Shown: positions 26,991 to 40,761 of the stretch, one piece after another
How the letters are laid out: each line of letters begins with the position of its first letter
Numbering within the stretch: the stretch's first letter is position 1
Origin: Octopus sinensis
Taxonomy: Eukaryota
Reading direction: 5' to 3'
NCBI RefSeq assembly: GCF_006345805.1
Contig: NC_043009.1
Location: forward strand, 49,724,001 to 49,788,000
Length of the DNA stretch: 64,000 bases
Program-made: the position numbers and the translations under genes
Notes under the pieces: model-generated
Databases searched by the model: none
Told to the model about the DNA's origin: nothing
What the model saw: the letters and a program-made list of their open reading frames with translations, nothing else

Positions 26991-27158
26991 GACTGTAATA
27001 GTTTCCCCTGTACTTGACTGATACTTTATTTGATCGACCTCAGAAGATGAAAGGAAAAGTTGACCGCAGAGGGATTTTGATCTCAGAACATAAAGAGCCA
27101 GAGCAAATACCGCAAAGCATTTTTACTAACGTTCTAACGATTCTGCCAATGTACCACC
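26991..27158 (-). mobile_element. Decayed SINE-A relative
   Basis: GATCGACCTCAGAAGATGAAAGGAAAAGTTGACCGC...TCTCAGAAC...AATACCGCAAAGCATTT...CTAACGATTCTGCCAA. Confidence 0.75.
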
Positions 27159-27433
27159 CTAGCGTGAAGACCTAATAACAGATTAAAGCTATGCGTAAAA
27201 ATGAGAGGGAACGAAGTATCATCTTCATGCCTTTTTTTTTCAAAGGTATATAATAGGGCACAGGTGAGGTAAAGCGTAACAAAACTGCTTCGGTTGGAAA
27301 CAGTAACCATACTCTGTACATCTAATAGACATATACCCCGCCACTAGTCCGAATTTCTCGGAAGTAACGACGGAGGATGTATCTTGTTAGATAATCTACT
27401 TATATTTACTTAAATACACCTCAGCTACAAATG

Positions 27434-27469
<36 letters not shown>

Positions 27470-27850
27470 TATGTATAAAAATACAAAATGGGGCAAGAAC
27501 GCAAAACACTCAAATAGACGACACAAAAAACGGACGGGTCGTTCGAAGCCTCCAATCTTCAGTGAAGAACCGGATCATCCTCGTAATTTAGGCTGATTAA
27601 TCTTGAGATCCCTCCGATCCGGCCAGCCCCGAACCACTGGGTCATATGCAGTTAAGCATTGTTCGATATATTGTCTTTTGGTGGAGTAACTCAACGAAGT
27701 GGAGACACCGGGTTGTCACTTGGTCCTCCTCTCAAACTGTATGCATTTATTTACAAATACATTTTAAAATATGTAAATGTATTGCAATAACTAATGTTAT
27801 TTTCAACAATGAATTTCGAACTCGTGTGCTATAAGTTGTTCTTTTAACTC

Positions 27851-28072
27851 TTTCTTTACTACCCACAAGGGGCTAAACACAGAGGGGACAAACAAGGACA
27901 GACACACGGATTAAGTCGATTATATCGACTCCAGTGCGTAACTGGTACTTTATTTATCGACCCCGAAAGGATGAAAGGCAAAGTCGACCTCGGCGGAATA
28001 TGAACTCAGAACGCAGCGGCGGACGAAATACCACAAAGCATTTCGCCCGGCGTGCTAACGTTTCTGCCAGCT
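27851..28072 (-). mobile_element. SINE family A monomer
   Basis: Reverse complement of the family A consensus from tail to GCTGGCAGAAACG. Confidence 0.92.
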
Positions 28073-29422
28073 TTAACATTGACTTAAAGGATGGATTTCA
28101 CATCATGCTGTGCACTATAAGAAAGGTTCCTGCCAAGAGACCGACCAATAATGCAACATCGAGATATGATCAGAGAAAAATTCATAACCTCTTTCCGTAT
28201 CTGAGAAATATTGATTTCTAAAAACGTCCACGCTTTCAAACTAACAGAAATAGGGGAAGCGTAACGGTGCGACGTTCATACCTTTTTTTCACAAACGTTT
28301 TTTTGACGTGAAGTATTCATAACCTACTGATGAAAACCCGTTATGTGAATCTGCTGAACAGGGAACTTATTTCTGTTCGATGAGATTCGGAATCAAAACT
28401 GATTTATGTAAGGGTGAAAAAATATAGACGAAATAATCGATACCAATAATAGTTCTCTCGCCATAAGAATGTGAAAAAAAGAAATTATAATAAATAAATA
28501 AATAAATCAAAAGGAAAATGAAAGCGACCTCAGCAACGTTCGATCTCTATTGTAGGTAGGTAGGTGACTTGGTAAGTAGTGAATCAATTATACAATAAGC
28601 AACAAACTCAGCCTTCAAAAGTCTGGCCTGGTTACATCTCCCCACCAACCACATACGTTCTTTAACTTTACACAATGTTTTATTGAAAGATAGCGAAAAT
28701 TTATTTGCATATAAAATAGAAAGACGACTTCTCAAATATTTTATCTCAATAACACCACTAATACTGTGTGCGTTCTTAGAACACGATAAAGCTAGCTATC
28801 TTAGAATAAATAACTGATAAACAGATTCTCTCACACGGAAAATATTAGCCACTATTTGATTGTGTGTGTGTGAATACACACACATATAGGGTAAACTATA
28901 ATGTTTTTGCGCATCGACAAAAAGTATATACGTAATTATACATATGTATATATATATATATATATATAATAATATATATATATATATATATATATAATAT
29001 AATATATATTATATATATATATAGACGCATTTGCATACATATAAATATGAATATATTTATGCACACGTATGTACGTAAATGTATGTTAACTGTAGTCTCT
29101 CTATCTAGTATGACCATCTTTAGTTTCCTATTTACTTTTAATGCGTAGTACCGCTATAACCATGGCATCCACCGAGACCAGTATGGTTAAAGCAAAAAAC
29201 TTAGCTCATCTCTCACAACGACGGAACCTCAACGGAAGACGGCAGGCAACCCGCCAATGCAAAATGCATTCCGTGCGATCGCACGTGCGACGAATCTACG
29301 GAACTAATACCATCTCATTGTCGCAGACAGGAGTCGTAAAGGTATACATACCGGTATGTATACATGCATAAATATTATACAAACACGTACGCATGCATGC
29401 ATACATATATATATATATCTAT

Positions 29423-29454
<32 letters not shown>

Positions 29455-29879
29455 CATATACACACACACGCATATATACAAACACATACATTCACACGCA
29501 CATATATCTGTCTATAGTTAATATACACGTATGCACATAACTATATACACACACAAGTGCATATACATAATTACACGTGTGTGCTTACACACACGTGTCT
29601 ATATACACATATATTATACACATGTAACTATATTTCTACATTAGATACACGTGTATGCTTACATATATACATACATAATGTGCATATAGATAATTACACA
29701 TATACATTGTGTATTTACACTAATATGCATATACATGTAACTATATACATTACGGGCACACACACACACGTAGGAATATGTGTGCACTACATATATATGT
29801 GTATGTGCATATGCATATATGTATGCGTATATGTATATGATATACGTACTTTTATGCTCATGTATATGAACATATACGT

Positions 29880-29890
29880 AAAAATATGTG

Positions 29891-29921
<31 letters not shown>

Positions 29922-30017
29922 ATCCCTACATACATACATAATACATACATACATACATACATCCATGCATGCATGCATGCATGCATACATACATACATGG
30001 ACCTACATACATACATT

Positions 30018-30053
<36 letters not shown>

Positions 30054-30130
30054 CACACACAACAACACAACATACATACATACATACCTACATACTACAA
30101 CACACATATATATATATATATATATACAGC
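29880..30130. repeat. Compound (CA)n/(TACA)n/(TGCA)n microsatellite
   Basis: Direct reading. Confidence 0.9.
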
Positions 30131-31033
30131 ACGTACATGCACACAAATCTAAACTTTAATAAACACGCACAAACTCGCATTAAAAAAAGGAGAAAAGTGT
30201 TGAAAATTAATGGAGACGCTATACGTACACATAAATAGACCTTTCTTCACTGAAAATAACTGATTTTCACGAAACGTACAAACCATAATGGAAAAAAAAA
30301 AGAAATACCCTCTTTTCTAGTGTATTTTCAGTGTCTGTGTTTTTTTGCTGTTTGTTTGTTTTGGTTTTTTTTTGTTTTTCTAGTTACTATTTTCATTGGT
30401 TTTTACTTTAATGTGTGAACATAAATAAATAAATAAAAGTATAAAATAAATAAATAAATCAGCAAACGTACAAAATATAATTATAAATTTCTTTAGATTT
30501 CGTGTTCTTTGAAAATTCTTGCTATTCATGTAGCGTCAGGTTTGTAGGTTTACTGTCGTATCATAATATCTCTGACAGTACTTATAGCAGAGTTATAAAT
30601 AATTATTACCAATATTTATTTATTTTTATGTATGTAGGTATGTATGTATGTATGAATGTATTTATTTATTTATTTATTTAAAGATGTAGCTCTGACTTGA
30701 CTGACTATGTATGAGTCCTCTTCCATCATCTAGGGAAACAACACAATAATAATAAAGACTAAAGAAAAAAAAATATTTTAAAAAATGGGAAAATAAAAAG
30801 CAAAACGGAGAAAGTTAGGAAGAAGGAAGAAAACTATCAGTATCGATATTACTATATAGTACAACAATATTTCTTAGAAAGAAAAGCAAAAAAAAAAAAA
30901 CCCCATTAACTTGGGACTAGCACTATGGTAGTAAATTGTTAGCAAAATAGCTTCTTATATGGAATAACATTAAAGGACTTTCTCGGGGCCAGAAGTGACC
31001 TTAATGAAGTAAAAAAAATAAATAAACAACAAC

Positions 31034-31077
<44 letters not shown>

Positions 31078-31407
31078 GTGAATAAATAAAGTCTGAGAGT
31101 TTGTGGGGTTTCGATAAGTTGTGTGTTGCTTAGAGGAGTGAGTGAAAAGTTTAGAGTATAACGCTTAGGACTGAAGTCTTTTGATGGAGAAAAAAAATCG
31201 ACAAATCCATCAAATATTGATATCGATTCGGGATCCCAACAAGCCGGTAGCTCACCTTCACTCGTGACTTATTGCTGTATACAGTGTCCTCATTTAATAA
31301 TGGTCTTATTTCATTAATTGATTTTCGTGTCTACGTTGAAGGGCCCTCTTAGTATGCGCAAAGAGAAGGTTTGCTATTTATTTAGTCGCCCACACTATAT
31401 ATAACCC

Positions 31408-31791
31408 GTGGAGGCGCAATGGCCCAGTGGTTAGGGCAGCGGACTCGCGGTCGTAGGATCGCAGTTTCGATTCCCACGTTGTGAATGTTTATTGAGCGAA
31501 AACACCTAAAAGCTCCACGAGGCTCCGGCAGGGGATGGTGGCGATCCCTGCTGTACTCTTTCACCACAACTTTCTCTCACTCTTACTTCCTGTTTCTGTT
31601 GTACCTGTATTTCAAAGGGGCCGGCCTTGTCACTCTCTGTGTCACGCTGAATATCCCCGAGAACTACGTTAAGGGAACACGTGTCTGTGGAGTGCTCAGC
31701 CACTTACACGTTGATTTCACGAGCAGGCTGTTCCGTTGATTCGGATCAACCGGAACCCTCGTCGTCGTAACCGACGGAGTGCTTCCATCCG
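31408..31791 (+). mobile_element. SINE family C (tRNA-like head, 3' stem-loops)
   Basis: Head GGAGGCGCAATGGCCCAGTGGTTAGGGCAGCGGACTCGCGGTCGTAGGATCGCAGTTTCGATTCCC with A and B boxes. 3' hairpins TTGAT-TCGG-ATCAA and GTCG-TCGTAAC-CGAC. 10-bp TSD TATATAACCC at 31398-31407 and 31792-31801. Confidence 0.88.
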
Positions 31792-32391
31792 TATATAACC
31801 CTTTCTGCGACCCTATGGGATGGGATGGATGGAAGTGAGATTAAAAGTGAGATTAAACTTTAAAAATATGTCCAGCAAGCCAGTTTCGACCACAGCAAAC
31901 CAAACATTTTTTTTTTGTTTTCTTAAATAGCACTTTGGCTTTCATGCCTTTCTGCGAAGTACAGCACAAGTTTTGAATATACAAATGCTAACTACTAAAA
32001 CTGTACAATGATTTCTTTCAGCTGAGTACATGGTCAGACTTTTTTCTGCGGATAGAGTAAAGCTGATTTAATGAAGTAAGGGGGGTTGAAACTAATTCGT
32101 GGCTACCAAAGTGCTTCTATGCTGCGGCTCGATCTGCAAGAAATAACACTGAAATCTCCCTCAGCACACACACCATCTTTAAGAAAAGATACAATGGTAA
32201 CAGTTGAAATGCATTTTGGCCATAGATCGATCAAACTGAGGCCGACTACCGCCATACCGCCAACAACCCAAGTGTAAAACTCATCGTAGCCATAAAAGAA
32301 GGACCAAAGCTTAAGTCGATTCCGGCGAGATTTGAACTCACTTAGCACGCGCACACACAAGCAAACGCCTATTACAAACGGATATTTTCTA

Positions 32392-32622
32392 GGCGGCGAG
32401 CTGGCAGAAACGTTAGCACACCGGGCGAAATGCATAGCCGTATTTCGTCTGCCGCTACGTTCTGAGTTCAAATTCCGCCGTGGTCGACTTCGCCTTTCAT
32501 CCTTTCGGGGTCGATAAATTAAGTACCAGTTACGCACTGGGGTCGATGTAATCGACTTAATCCGTTTGTCTGTCCTTGTTTGTCCCCTCTGTGTTTAGCC
32601 CCTTGTGGGTAGTAAAGAAATA
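32392..32622 (+). mobile_element. SINE family A monomer
   Basis: Full consensus. TSD GATATTTTCTAGG at 32381-32393 and 32623-32635. Confidence 0.95.
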
Positions 32623-33182
32623 GATATTTTCTAGGATTGTCAGTTGATCAATAGTTATTGAAAACTATAGATCTTCCAGAGTCCAGACATTAATAAACAT
32701 TATATAAGGATAACAAAGAAACGTTCCTTGTCATTATGTGCACTGTATGTGTGTGTATTTGTAATTTACAAAAGATTCCAACCTTTGGTTTTCTAACTAA
32801 ACGGTACATTGACCAATTACAAAGTTTATATGTTACACAAATACTTTGATATACAATTGCTAAAACAGACAAAGGGACCAGGGAATCGTTATATGAGAGT
32901 AAGAAATATTGAATAAAAATATATAGTAGATATATAAAATATCTGTAACAGTGACTTAGATTTTAACCTTTAATATCACTGTTACTACTGAGGCTATTAA
33001 TTGTTATTAAGAAGCAGGAATAGGAATTTTGTAAAGTGTAACGTTGGAATGTTGTGACTCTCAAGTTTTCCTAATATGCATTATTAAACGAGAAAGTAAT
33101 TAACTTTGTTTCAGCGGCACGTTAAAATTAATGAACACTTTAAACAACAACAACAATAATAATAATAATGACGATGATTCCG

Positions 33183-33512
33183 ATTTCTAACATGGGCGCC
33201 AGACCAAATTCGGAAGTAGGATGCGATCGAATACATCGATCCCAGTACTTGATAAGTACTTGGTTTATCGATAGGATGAAAAGCAAAGTTCAATACAAAC
33301 AGATCTAGACAGAAGGATAGTAATTTTGAAAGGATGGGCCTTAGTTGATGCAATCAACCTTAGTATTTGACTGGTATCTGATTTTATCGACCCTGAGAGG
33401 ACTAAAGGCAAAGATGACCGCGGTGGGGATTTCAAATCAGAATGCTAAGAGACAGAATAAATACGACAAAGCACGTTTTCTAGCTCCTTAATGATTCCGC
33501 CGGCTTGCCGCC
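33183..33512 (-). mobile_element. Two decayed SINE-A relatives
   Basis: GATCGAATACATCGATCCCAGTAC...GGATGAAAAGCAAAG, and TTTATCGACCCTGAGAGGACTAAAGGCAAAG...GATTCCGCCGGCTTGCCGCC. Confidence 0.7.
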
Positions 33513-33887
33513 TTAACAACAGAAATTATTGATATTTATTCATCACACAAGGACATCGGAAAAATGACAGTAATTTCCACAAGTGATATTAAAGCTTTAG
33601 AAGGTGAAAAGGCTTTAGAAATGCAAACTATGAGAATTGAGAATGCGAGGGCGTTCATTCCTAACCTCTCTGTTAACAATCTTGAAATAATTATAATCCT
33701 GTATTGATCATGAAGAAATTAATTTACCGAGTCTATGTGCAAGTGTACGTGCTTTTGGGGGTTTTTTAAGCTCTAAACTGACCGATCTAAAATATCAAAA
33801 GCGTATTCAAGCTACGTCGTTTTAAAGATGGTCTTGTGTGGTTTGATCGAAATTTGTAGTTACTTTTAGCATATATATATATATAGC

Positions 33888-34114
33888 TATTTCTTTATTA
33901 CCCACAAGGGGCTAAACACAGAGAGGACAAACAAGGACAGACATAGGTATTAAGTCGATTACATCTACCCCAGTGTGTAACTGGTACTTAATTTATCGAC
34001 CCCGAAAAGATGAAAGGCAAAGTCGACCTCGGCGGAATTTGAACTCACAACGTAACGACAGACGAAATACGGCTACGCATTTCGCCCGGCGTGCTAACGT
34101 TTCTGCCAGCTCGC
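33888..34114 (-). mobile_element. SINE family A monomer (AATACCTAT variant)
   Basis: Reverse complement of the consensus, flanked on both sides by GC(AT)7-8AGC (TSD within a microsatellite). Confidence 0.94.
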
Positions 34115-34271
34115 ATATATATATATATATAGCGACCACGACCACGTGGAAGTTCCATCATTGGCTCGATGTCTGTGCAAACAAGCGCCGGTAATAATAT
34201 GACGAGGTACAAGAAGAACTGAGGTGCAAAAAAAAAAACAAACAAAAAAACAGGCGCACAATTGTAAATGT

Positions 34272-34623
34272 TACTCTTTTACTCGTTTCAGTCATTTGAC
34301 TGCGGCCATGCTGGAGCACCGCCTTTAATCGAGCAACTCGACCCCGGGGACTTATTCTTTTGTAAGCCCAGTACTTATTCTTTCGGTCTCTTTTGCCGAA
34401 CCGCTAAGTAACAGGGACATAAACACACCAGCATCGGTTGTCAAGCAATGCTAGGGGGACAAACACAGACACACAACGCATATATATATATATACATATA
34501 TACGACGGGCTTCTTTCAGTTTCCGTCTACCAAATCCACTCACAAGGCTTTGGTCGGCCCGAGGCTATAGTAGAAGACACTTGCCCAAGGTGCCACGCAG
34601 TGGGACTGAACCCGGAACCATGT
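34272..34623 (-). mobile_element. SINE family B, 5'-truncated
   Basis: Tail to GGTTCCGGGTTCAGTCCC present; roughly the first 45 nt of the head are absent. Confidence 0.92.
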
Positions 34624-35319
34624 GAGTGTAAGAAAAAAAAATTTATCAGTGCCTTTATTCTTTTAGGACCTCCATCCGAGACAAGTGGAAAGAAAGGAAG
34701 AAAGCTATCCTCAAATTAGAACTCTAAACCGAATGCTTACCAACAAAACGAACTCTACTAACGGCACCCTTTTGCTAAGTCGATTGTAATCTTAGAGATC
34801 TTTACGTTTGTAAAAAGTACATTTCTATTCAAATATCAATAAATCTATGCATGTATAATACTATTTCTATGTGTGCGTATAAATACATACATATATGTAT
34901 ACATATACATACGCACACATACATGCACACACATGTTCATATACGCAATCAAACTTAAAACCAGGAATTATGTTGTATTCAATTGCACAATGAACCTATG
35001 CTAACGTACGTGTAAATAATACAAATAATAACAACAACGATGAACAACATAACAATTCGTAATAACAGTCGTAAAAATAATTATTATTATCATCCTCATC
35101 ATTCCGATTCAAAGATCGATAATTATCAATTTTCTTACTGTTGGACTCGATAAAAAATAAGAAAGAAAAAAAAAAACAGTAAGTTATTTTCAATTAAGGC
35201 TGTAATTGAAACATAAGCCTTCAAGTGCGAAAATGCCCTCCACTTCCATTCTCTAACGTTGTTATTGATATCATTATCATCATTGCTATTAATATTATCA
35301 TCGCTGGTGCTCTTATCCC

Positions 35320-35373
<54 letters not shown>

Positions 35374-37423
35374 CATGCAAGTTTATGATGATAATGATGG
35401 TTGTTTCCAAACAATGAACTAATTTCCAAAGCAACTAAAGCAGGTGTACATTGTGTGTTTCGTACCGGAAAAACCATCCCTTCAGAGACCAGTTTTTTCA
35501 ATACAATTCAACAGACAACTTGACAAGGTAAGAGTAAAGACGGACAGACACGCAGATACAGACAGACAGACAGACAGAGATACGAATTAAGAAATAAAGA
35601 ACCACACTTTCTTATTCGTATTAAACAGCTATTGTCTAGGTTTCTCATCCACTCGACTCTGGCTTTTCTTTTTTATGTGTGTGTGTGTGGGTTATTATAA
35701 AACTGAGTTTAAAATACAATCGGAAATGAACAACCTACAGGCAAAGAATGAACAAGTCAGAAGGAAACAGATGGGTCAACTTCGAGTGTATATATATATA
35801 TATATAGCAACAAGAGGAGCAACATCTGCGAGAAGAACGGTGGCGAGAGAAAAAAAATAAGAAACAATATTTGAATAAAGTCAACAACAAAATTTGAATC
35901 CTTTCTCAGAGCCAAAGAGACTGTTGAATAGGGCAAACGTATGGAACGGAAGTAGGTAAGTACAAAACACTGAATGTTAGTTATCACACAATCAAGTTAA
36001 GGAATACTTGTCATCACTGTTGCATGTTCGTAGTGGTGGGGAAGATAGCCACAGCTCGGCAAATGGATGAAGATGTTTCAGCCGTGACCATCCGGTCTTC
36101 CGTTCAGATAGCAAGTATATACCTTGAATTAGATAATTCAACACGTTCTTCCTTTTTCAAGAGAATAGAGTTGTGATTTGGGATTAATGTGGCTCTTATA
36201 TTAAGGAAGTAGCGACCCAATAGAGTCTCCCGTGTTGCCGAGGAGTAGGGGAAGAAAACGATGTTGGCGTGGAATTAAAAGAATGATCTTGAATTCATAA
36301 CCAATAACAAAAGGATGGAAATGTAAGGCAAATGAAGTCGATGGCGATGACGATTATGTCCACGGGGAACATTGAGTATTAGAGTGGCTATTTCAGTAAG
36401 AATAAAGAGATACAAAAGGCTTACACACACACACATACATACATATCCTGCTTTTATCACAGAAAAGCAGGATATGCACCGATTGACCTGGTCATTGCAC
36501 CATTGCTTGAGGACAAAGGTAAATTTTATATAGTGTAATTGGATGCTTGCGAAATCAAAAGGCGCACACGCACATACACATCGCACGGTACCAAGACTAT
36601 GTTTGTACGCCGAGCATGTATCTAGGATTCAATCGATAGCTTAAACCCAGTACATTACTGACTCCCCGGACAGATGAAAGACTCATATCTGCTCCAGGCG
36701 GAATATTAACTCAGAAACGTGAGGTATTGAACTTGGGGAAGAAGAAAATAGAAAATAATAACAATAAATGCACGGAAAAAAAAACCTAATTCGGTCTCTT
36801 TACAATACGTGCTCGGGTTACACACAACAACAGTCTCATCTAAATGATCAGTTCAGTTAGTTTCAAAGTAAAAAGAAGTGATCTTTGCAAGATCGATACA
36901 TCTTTAGATCAATTCAATAAAGCCTTCATCTACCACACACTCTTTTTTTCTACAAATCAAAATCCATTTATCCACCTTCTTACCTACCTACTTACCAACC
37001 TGCACACTAAATGTGGACTTACACAGAAAGAAAGAAAAAAAAGCACTCAATATATGTAGCTTCGTGTATGTACATCTGTGTCTGCGTGATTTTATGTGAA
37101 TAATCATGAAGATGCTAAATACCCAGGCGTGAGAAGTGGAAATGTGTAATGATCACTAAGCTCACACACACACACACACAGTCACTGCTTCAAATCCAAA
37201 CCAATGTTTTAGCTGAAAAGACTGCTAGCTTTTCTACAAACTATCTCTGCTTCATGTTCATTGAATATCGTTTGATATCAAATATCAGCATGGAAAACTC
37301 ACGCGAAACCATGGTACGGACGTATACAAATGTTAGCTTACTATATAACTATGAACGTGTAGAAGCGAAGACCTTGGAGTTACAACGGAATAAACACACA
37401 TACACACATACATACATATATAC

Positions 37424-37458
<35 letters not shown>

Positions 37459-37912
37459 AGGCAGGCGCAATTCCTACTCTGCATTTTTGCCACTGCAACG
37501 GGTTTCCAGGATAAAGATATCTTTGATTTCATCAGAGAGAGTGAGAGAGAGATAGAGACAGAGAGAGAGAGGGAGAGAAAGAGAGGAATGACTCAAAAAT
37601 AGCGGTGAGGAAGCTTGCGCTCTGCAGAGAGAGAGAGAGAAGTGCATGGTTCTACATATGACACAGTTCCAAAGGAATGCTGCTCGCCAACAAAGCTACA
37701 AACGTTGAATGCACAGCCAGCACTTAAACGACGGTGAAATAACTCGGGTGCAATATCTTCCTTCCCTGCTCGATCTAAGCATGTTTCTCTCCGCTTTACA
37801 CACTCCAAGAAGAAGGAGAAATTATTGGCGAGATTCGAATCTACAACCATGCAGACTGTTCCACTCAACGGTCTCTACACATTCTTTTCACAGCTATACG
37901 CGTGTGTGAACG

Positions 37913-37962
<50 letters not shown>

Positions 37963-37964
<2 letters not shown>

Positions 37965-38012
37965 CTACGATAACATTCAAACACAAGCGTACGATTAATA
38001 GACACGCAAAAA

Positions 38013-38079
<67 letters not shown>

Positions 38080-38130
38080 TAACTACGATAACATTCAAAC
38101 ACAAGCGTACGATTAATAGACACGCAAAAA

Positions 38131-38134
<4 letters not shown>
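37963..38134. repeat. Direct duplication of a 54-bp unique core separated by (TA)n
   Basis: AACTACGATAACATTCAAACACAAGCGTACGATTAATAGACACGCAAAAATGCA at 37963-38016 and 38081-38134, identical. Confidence 0.92.
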
Positions 38135-38168
<34 letters not shown>

Positions 38169-38666
38169 AAGATATGTATATACATCGATTACAAGATGCA
38201 AAAGAAATTGTTATATACAGTAAAAAGGAATGCGTTTTCTGTGCCTATGCGCACACACACGCACGCGCTGAAGTTCGCGCTTTATGTGAATGCATGCATA
38301 TGCATGCAAGCCGCATAGCTATGTGTATTTATACGCGTGTTTGCGAGCGCATGAACGTGCGGCGTGCTTCATTTTATTTAATACATTCGCAAATTCTACC
38401 GAAGTAAAAAATTTTTTTTTTTTTTTTCTTCCTCTATTATTGAATTCGGAAAAGTAAAAATCAAGAATACGTGTTCAATGAAGATTCCGATATTAGAGTC
38501 AGAGTTAAGAAGTAAGAATATGGTCGAAAAGTATTCTTTTACTATTTTCATTAAAACATTTAAAGAATTATAACAATGACAACAGCGAAAGGGATCAACA
38601 ATTGTAAGCGAATCAGAGTAGTTTAATGAAAGTGAGTTTAAAAGTAGGTTAAAGTTTGCCTGCCTG

Positions 38667-38667
<1 letters not shown>

Positions 38668-38723
<56 letters not shown>

Positions 38724-38768
38724 AATCATCTATCTATCTACCCATCTATCAATCATCTATCTATCTAT
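38668..38768. repeat. (ATCT)n microsatellite
   Basis: Direct reading. Confidence 0.93.
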
Positions 38769-38783
38769 ATGACTGTAACCACT

Positions 38784-38832
<49 letters not shown>

Positions 38833-40503
38833 GTAGAAAAAACAAACTGGGACAAGAACATATATATATATATATATCCCGCATACATGTATGAGTGTGT
38901 ATATGTATGTATGTAAACGCAATATCCTGTACGTCGAAGCTATGTATAACACACATTACGCGCAAATCGTACGTTTTCGATATTCTGTACTGGTTGTGGT
39001 GTATATGAAAATTCGTCTTTACTAAAACGGCTATATACATTACACTTAAAGTTGTTACACAATTAGACACACACGAAAGAGCGCGCATGCACGCACGCAC
39101 ACACACAGAAGCAGGCAGGCAGACAGATACACAGACAGATGAGAGATGATGCTATAGAACTATGGAAGTAGGTTTTAATATTTCTAAAGAAATGTATTGA
39201 AATCAGTAATATTGGAAATTTTGTAAATAAGTGTAGTCGTAGATGCTATTACTATTATTATCATTATTATTATTAGCAGTAGTAGTAGTAGTAGTAGTAG
39301 TTTTTATTATTATTATTATTACTATTATTGTTATGCCATTAAAAAAAAAAATTATTTCAAAAGAATTTATTTATGCTTCAGTTAAAAGTGAAGCCGAGCC
39401 TCTGTGAAAAATGTACGTGTAAATACATCATACGTAGATTTTTAGAAAGGAACATACATACACCAGGCTATTAAAAAGAAAGGGAAGAAAGCTAGTTCGA
39501 TGAATGTGTAGGGTGTGTGGTGTGTGTGTGTGGTTGGGGGTGTTGTGGGGCTTATAGAAAAGCCTTGCATTACAAGACAGTGAATAAATAAAATAAGGAC
39601 TTTTCTGTGGAGGAGAACAAAAAAAAAAAATAAACGTAAGGTGTAAATGTTATTGATGTGATCAGAGGCAGATAGTGATTGATTGTCACCTACTGAATGA
39701 TGGCAATCGATCCGACTTCACTGTCATCATTACCATCATCAGCATCATCATCATCACAATAATAATAATAATCATCATCATCATCATCATCAACGACAAC
39801 AACAACATCACCGTTAGTCTTCACCGTTGCCAGCATCATTAGCTTACAAACGATGTGTTAGATAAATATATTAGTGCTACAATGACTATGAGAGAGAGAG
39901 AGAGAATGAGAGAGAGAGAAAGACACAGAGAGAGAGAGATAGAGAGAGAGTGAGAGAGAGAGAGAGAGGGCCTTGGTTGCTAGTGTTGAAAGCTGCTCGC
40001 CAACCTAAGCATTAGCAGTCGCAGGAACCTAGTAGTGTAACAACAACAACAACAATAATAATCTAAGACATATAAGATAGCTGGATATTTCAGGATCGCG
40101 TCTTCCTCGCTGTTCCAGATTGAATGTGTGTGTGCTCGCATTAACACACACACACACACACATAAATATATATATATATACACACACACACAAGAACACA
40201 CATTGCATGTATCATTATGCATATATGCATCAATATCGTTACATACATTCCATATACATAGATATTCATTACCATCGATCGATTTTTCCTATTTATAGCT
40301 CCCTCTATATATAAACTTTGCAAATTATCGACAATAGAAATATTTTTATTCATTGATCTATAATATCCAAATTTAAACTTCAACGTATATAAGTATTGTT
40401 ACGACGATAATGTTCAGAGTAAGAATTTCTTTTGACTAGACACAGCGCCTATATTTATGGAAAGTGTATGCTATGCGCGCGTATATCTATATATGCGCAC
40501 GCT

Positions 40504-40542
<39 letters not shown>

Positions 40543-40587
40543 AGATTGAACTCTCCAGTTAGGTTTGCTGAAGAATGTAATAATTGC

Positions 40588-40761
40588 TTCGAATACTGGC
40601 AACAAGGACTGAAATTTTGGGAAAAAGGGTTAGTCGATACTTGATCATTTCGGTATTTTATGGACATCGGAAAGATGAAAGGCGAAGTTATCCTCTTAGG
40701 AATGTTAACTCGGAACGTAAAGAGCCGGAACGAATGCCGCAAGGTATTTTTACCGACGCTC
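40588..40761 (-). mobile_element. Decayed SINE-A relative with alternative tail
   Basis: CTGGCAACAAGGACTGAAATTTTGGG...TTAGTCGATAC...GAAAGATGAAAGGCGAAG...GAACTCGGAACGTAAAGAGCCGG. Confidence 0.65.

Noticed and set aside
27500-27640. Minus-strand CTGAAGA...GAAC...GTC in a probable Penelope-type remnant
   Set aside because: GAAA is broken, stem II is marginal and stem I does not pair; too decayed to call.
31411-31480. tRNA-like sequence with TCG in the loop region
   Set aside because: No acceptor-stem pairing; it continues into a SINE body with a TSD, so it is a SINE head.
32103-32537. Recurrent ORFs beginning MRNWY(F/L)IYRPRKDERQSRPRRN and MSSNARGTNT / MTTDAGVFT
   Set aside because: They are incidental frames of SINE-A and SINE-B copies, not a gene family.
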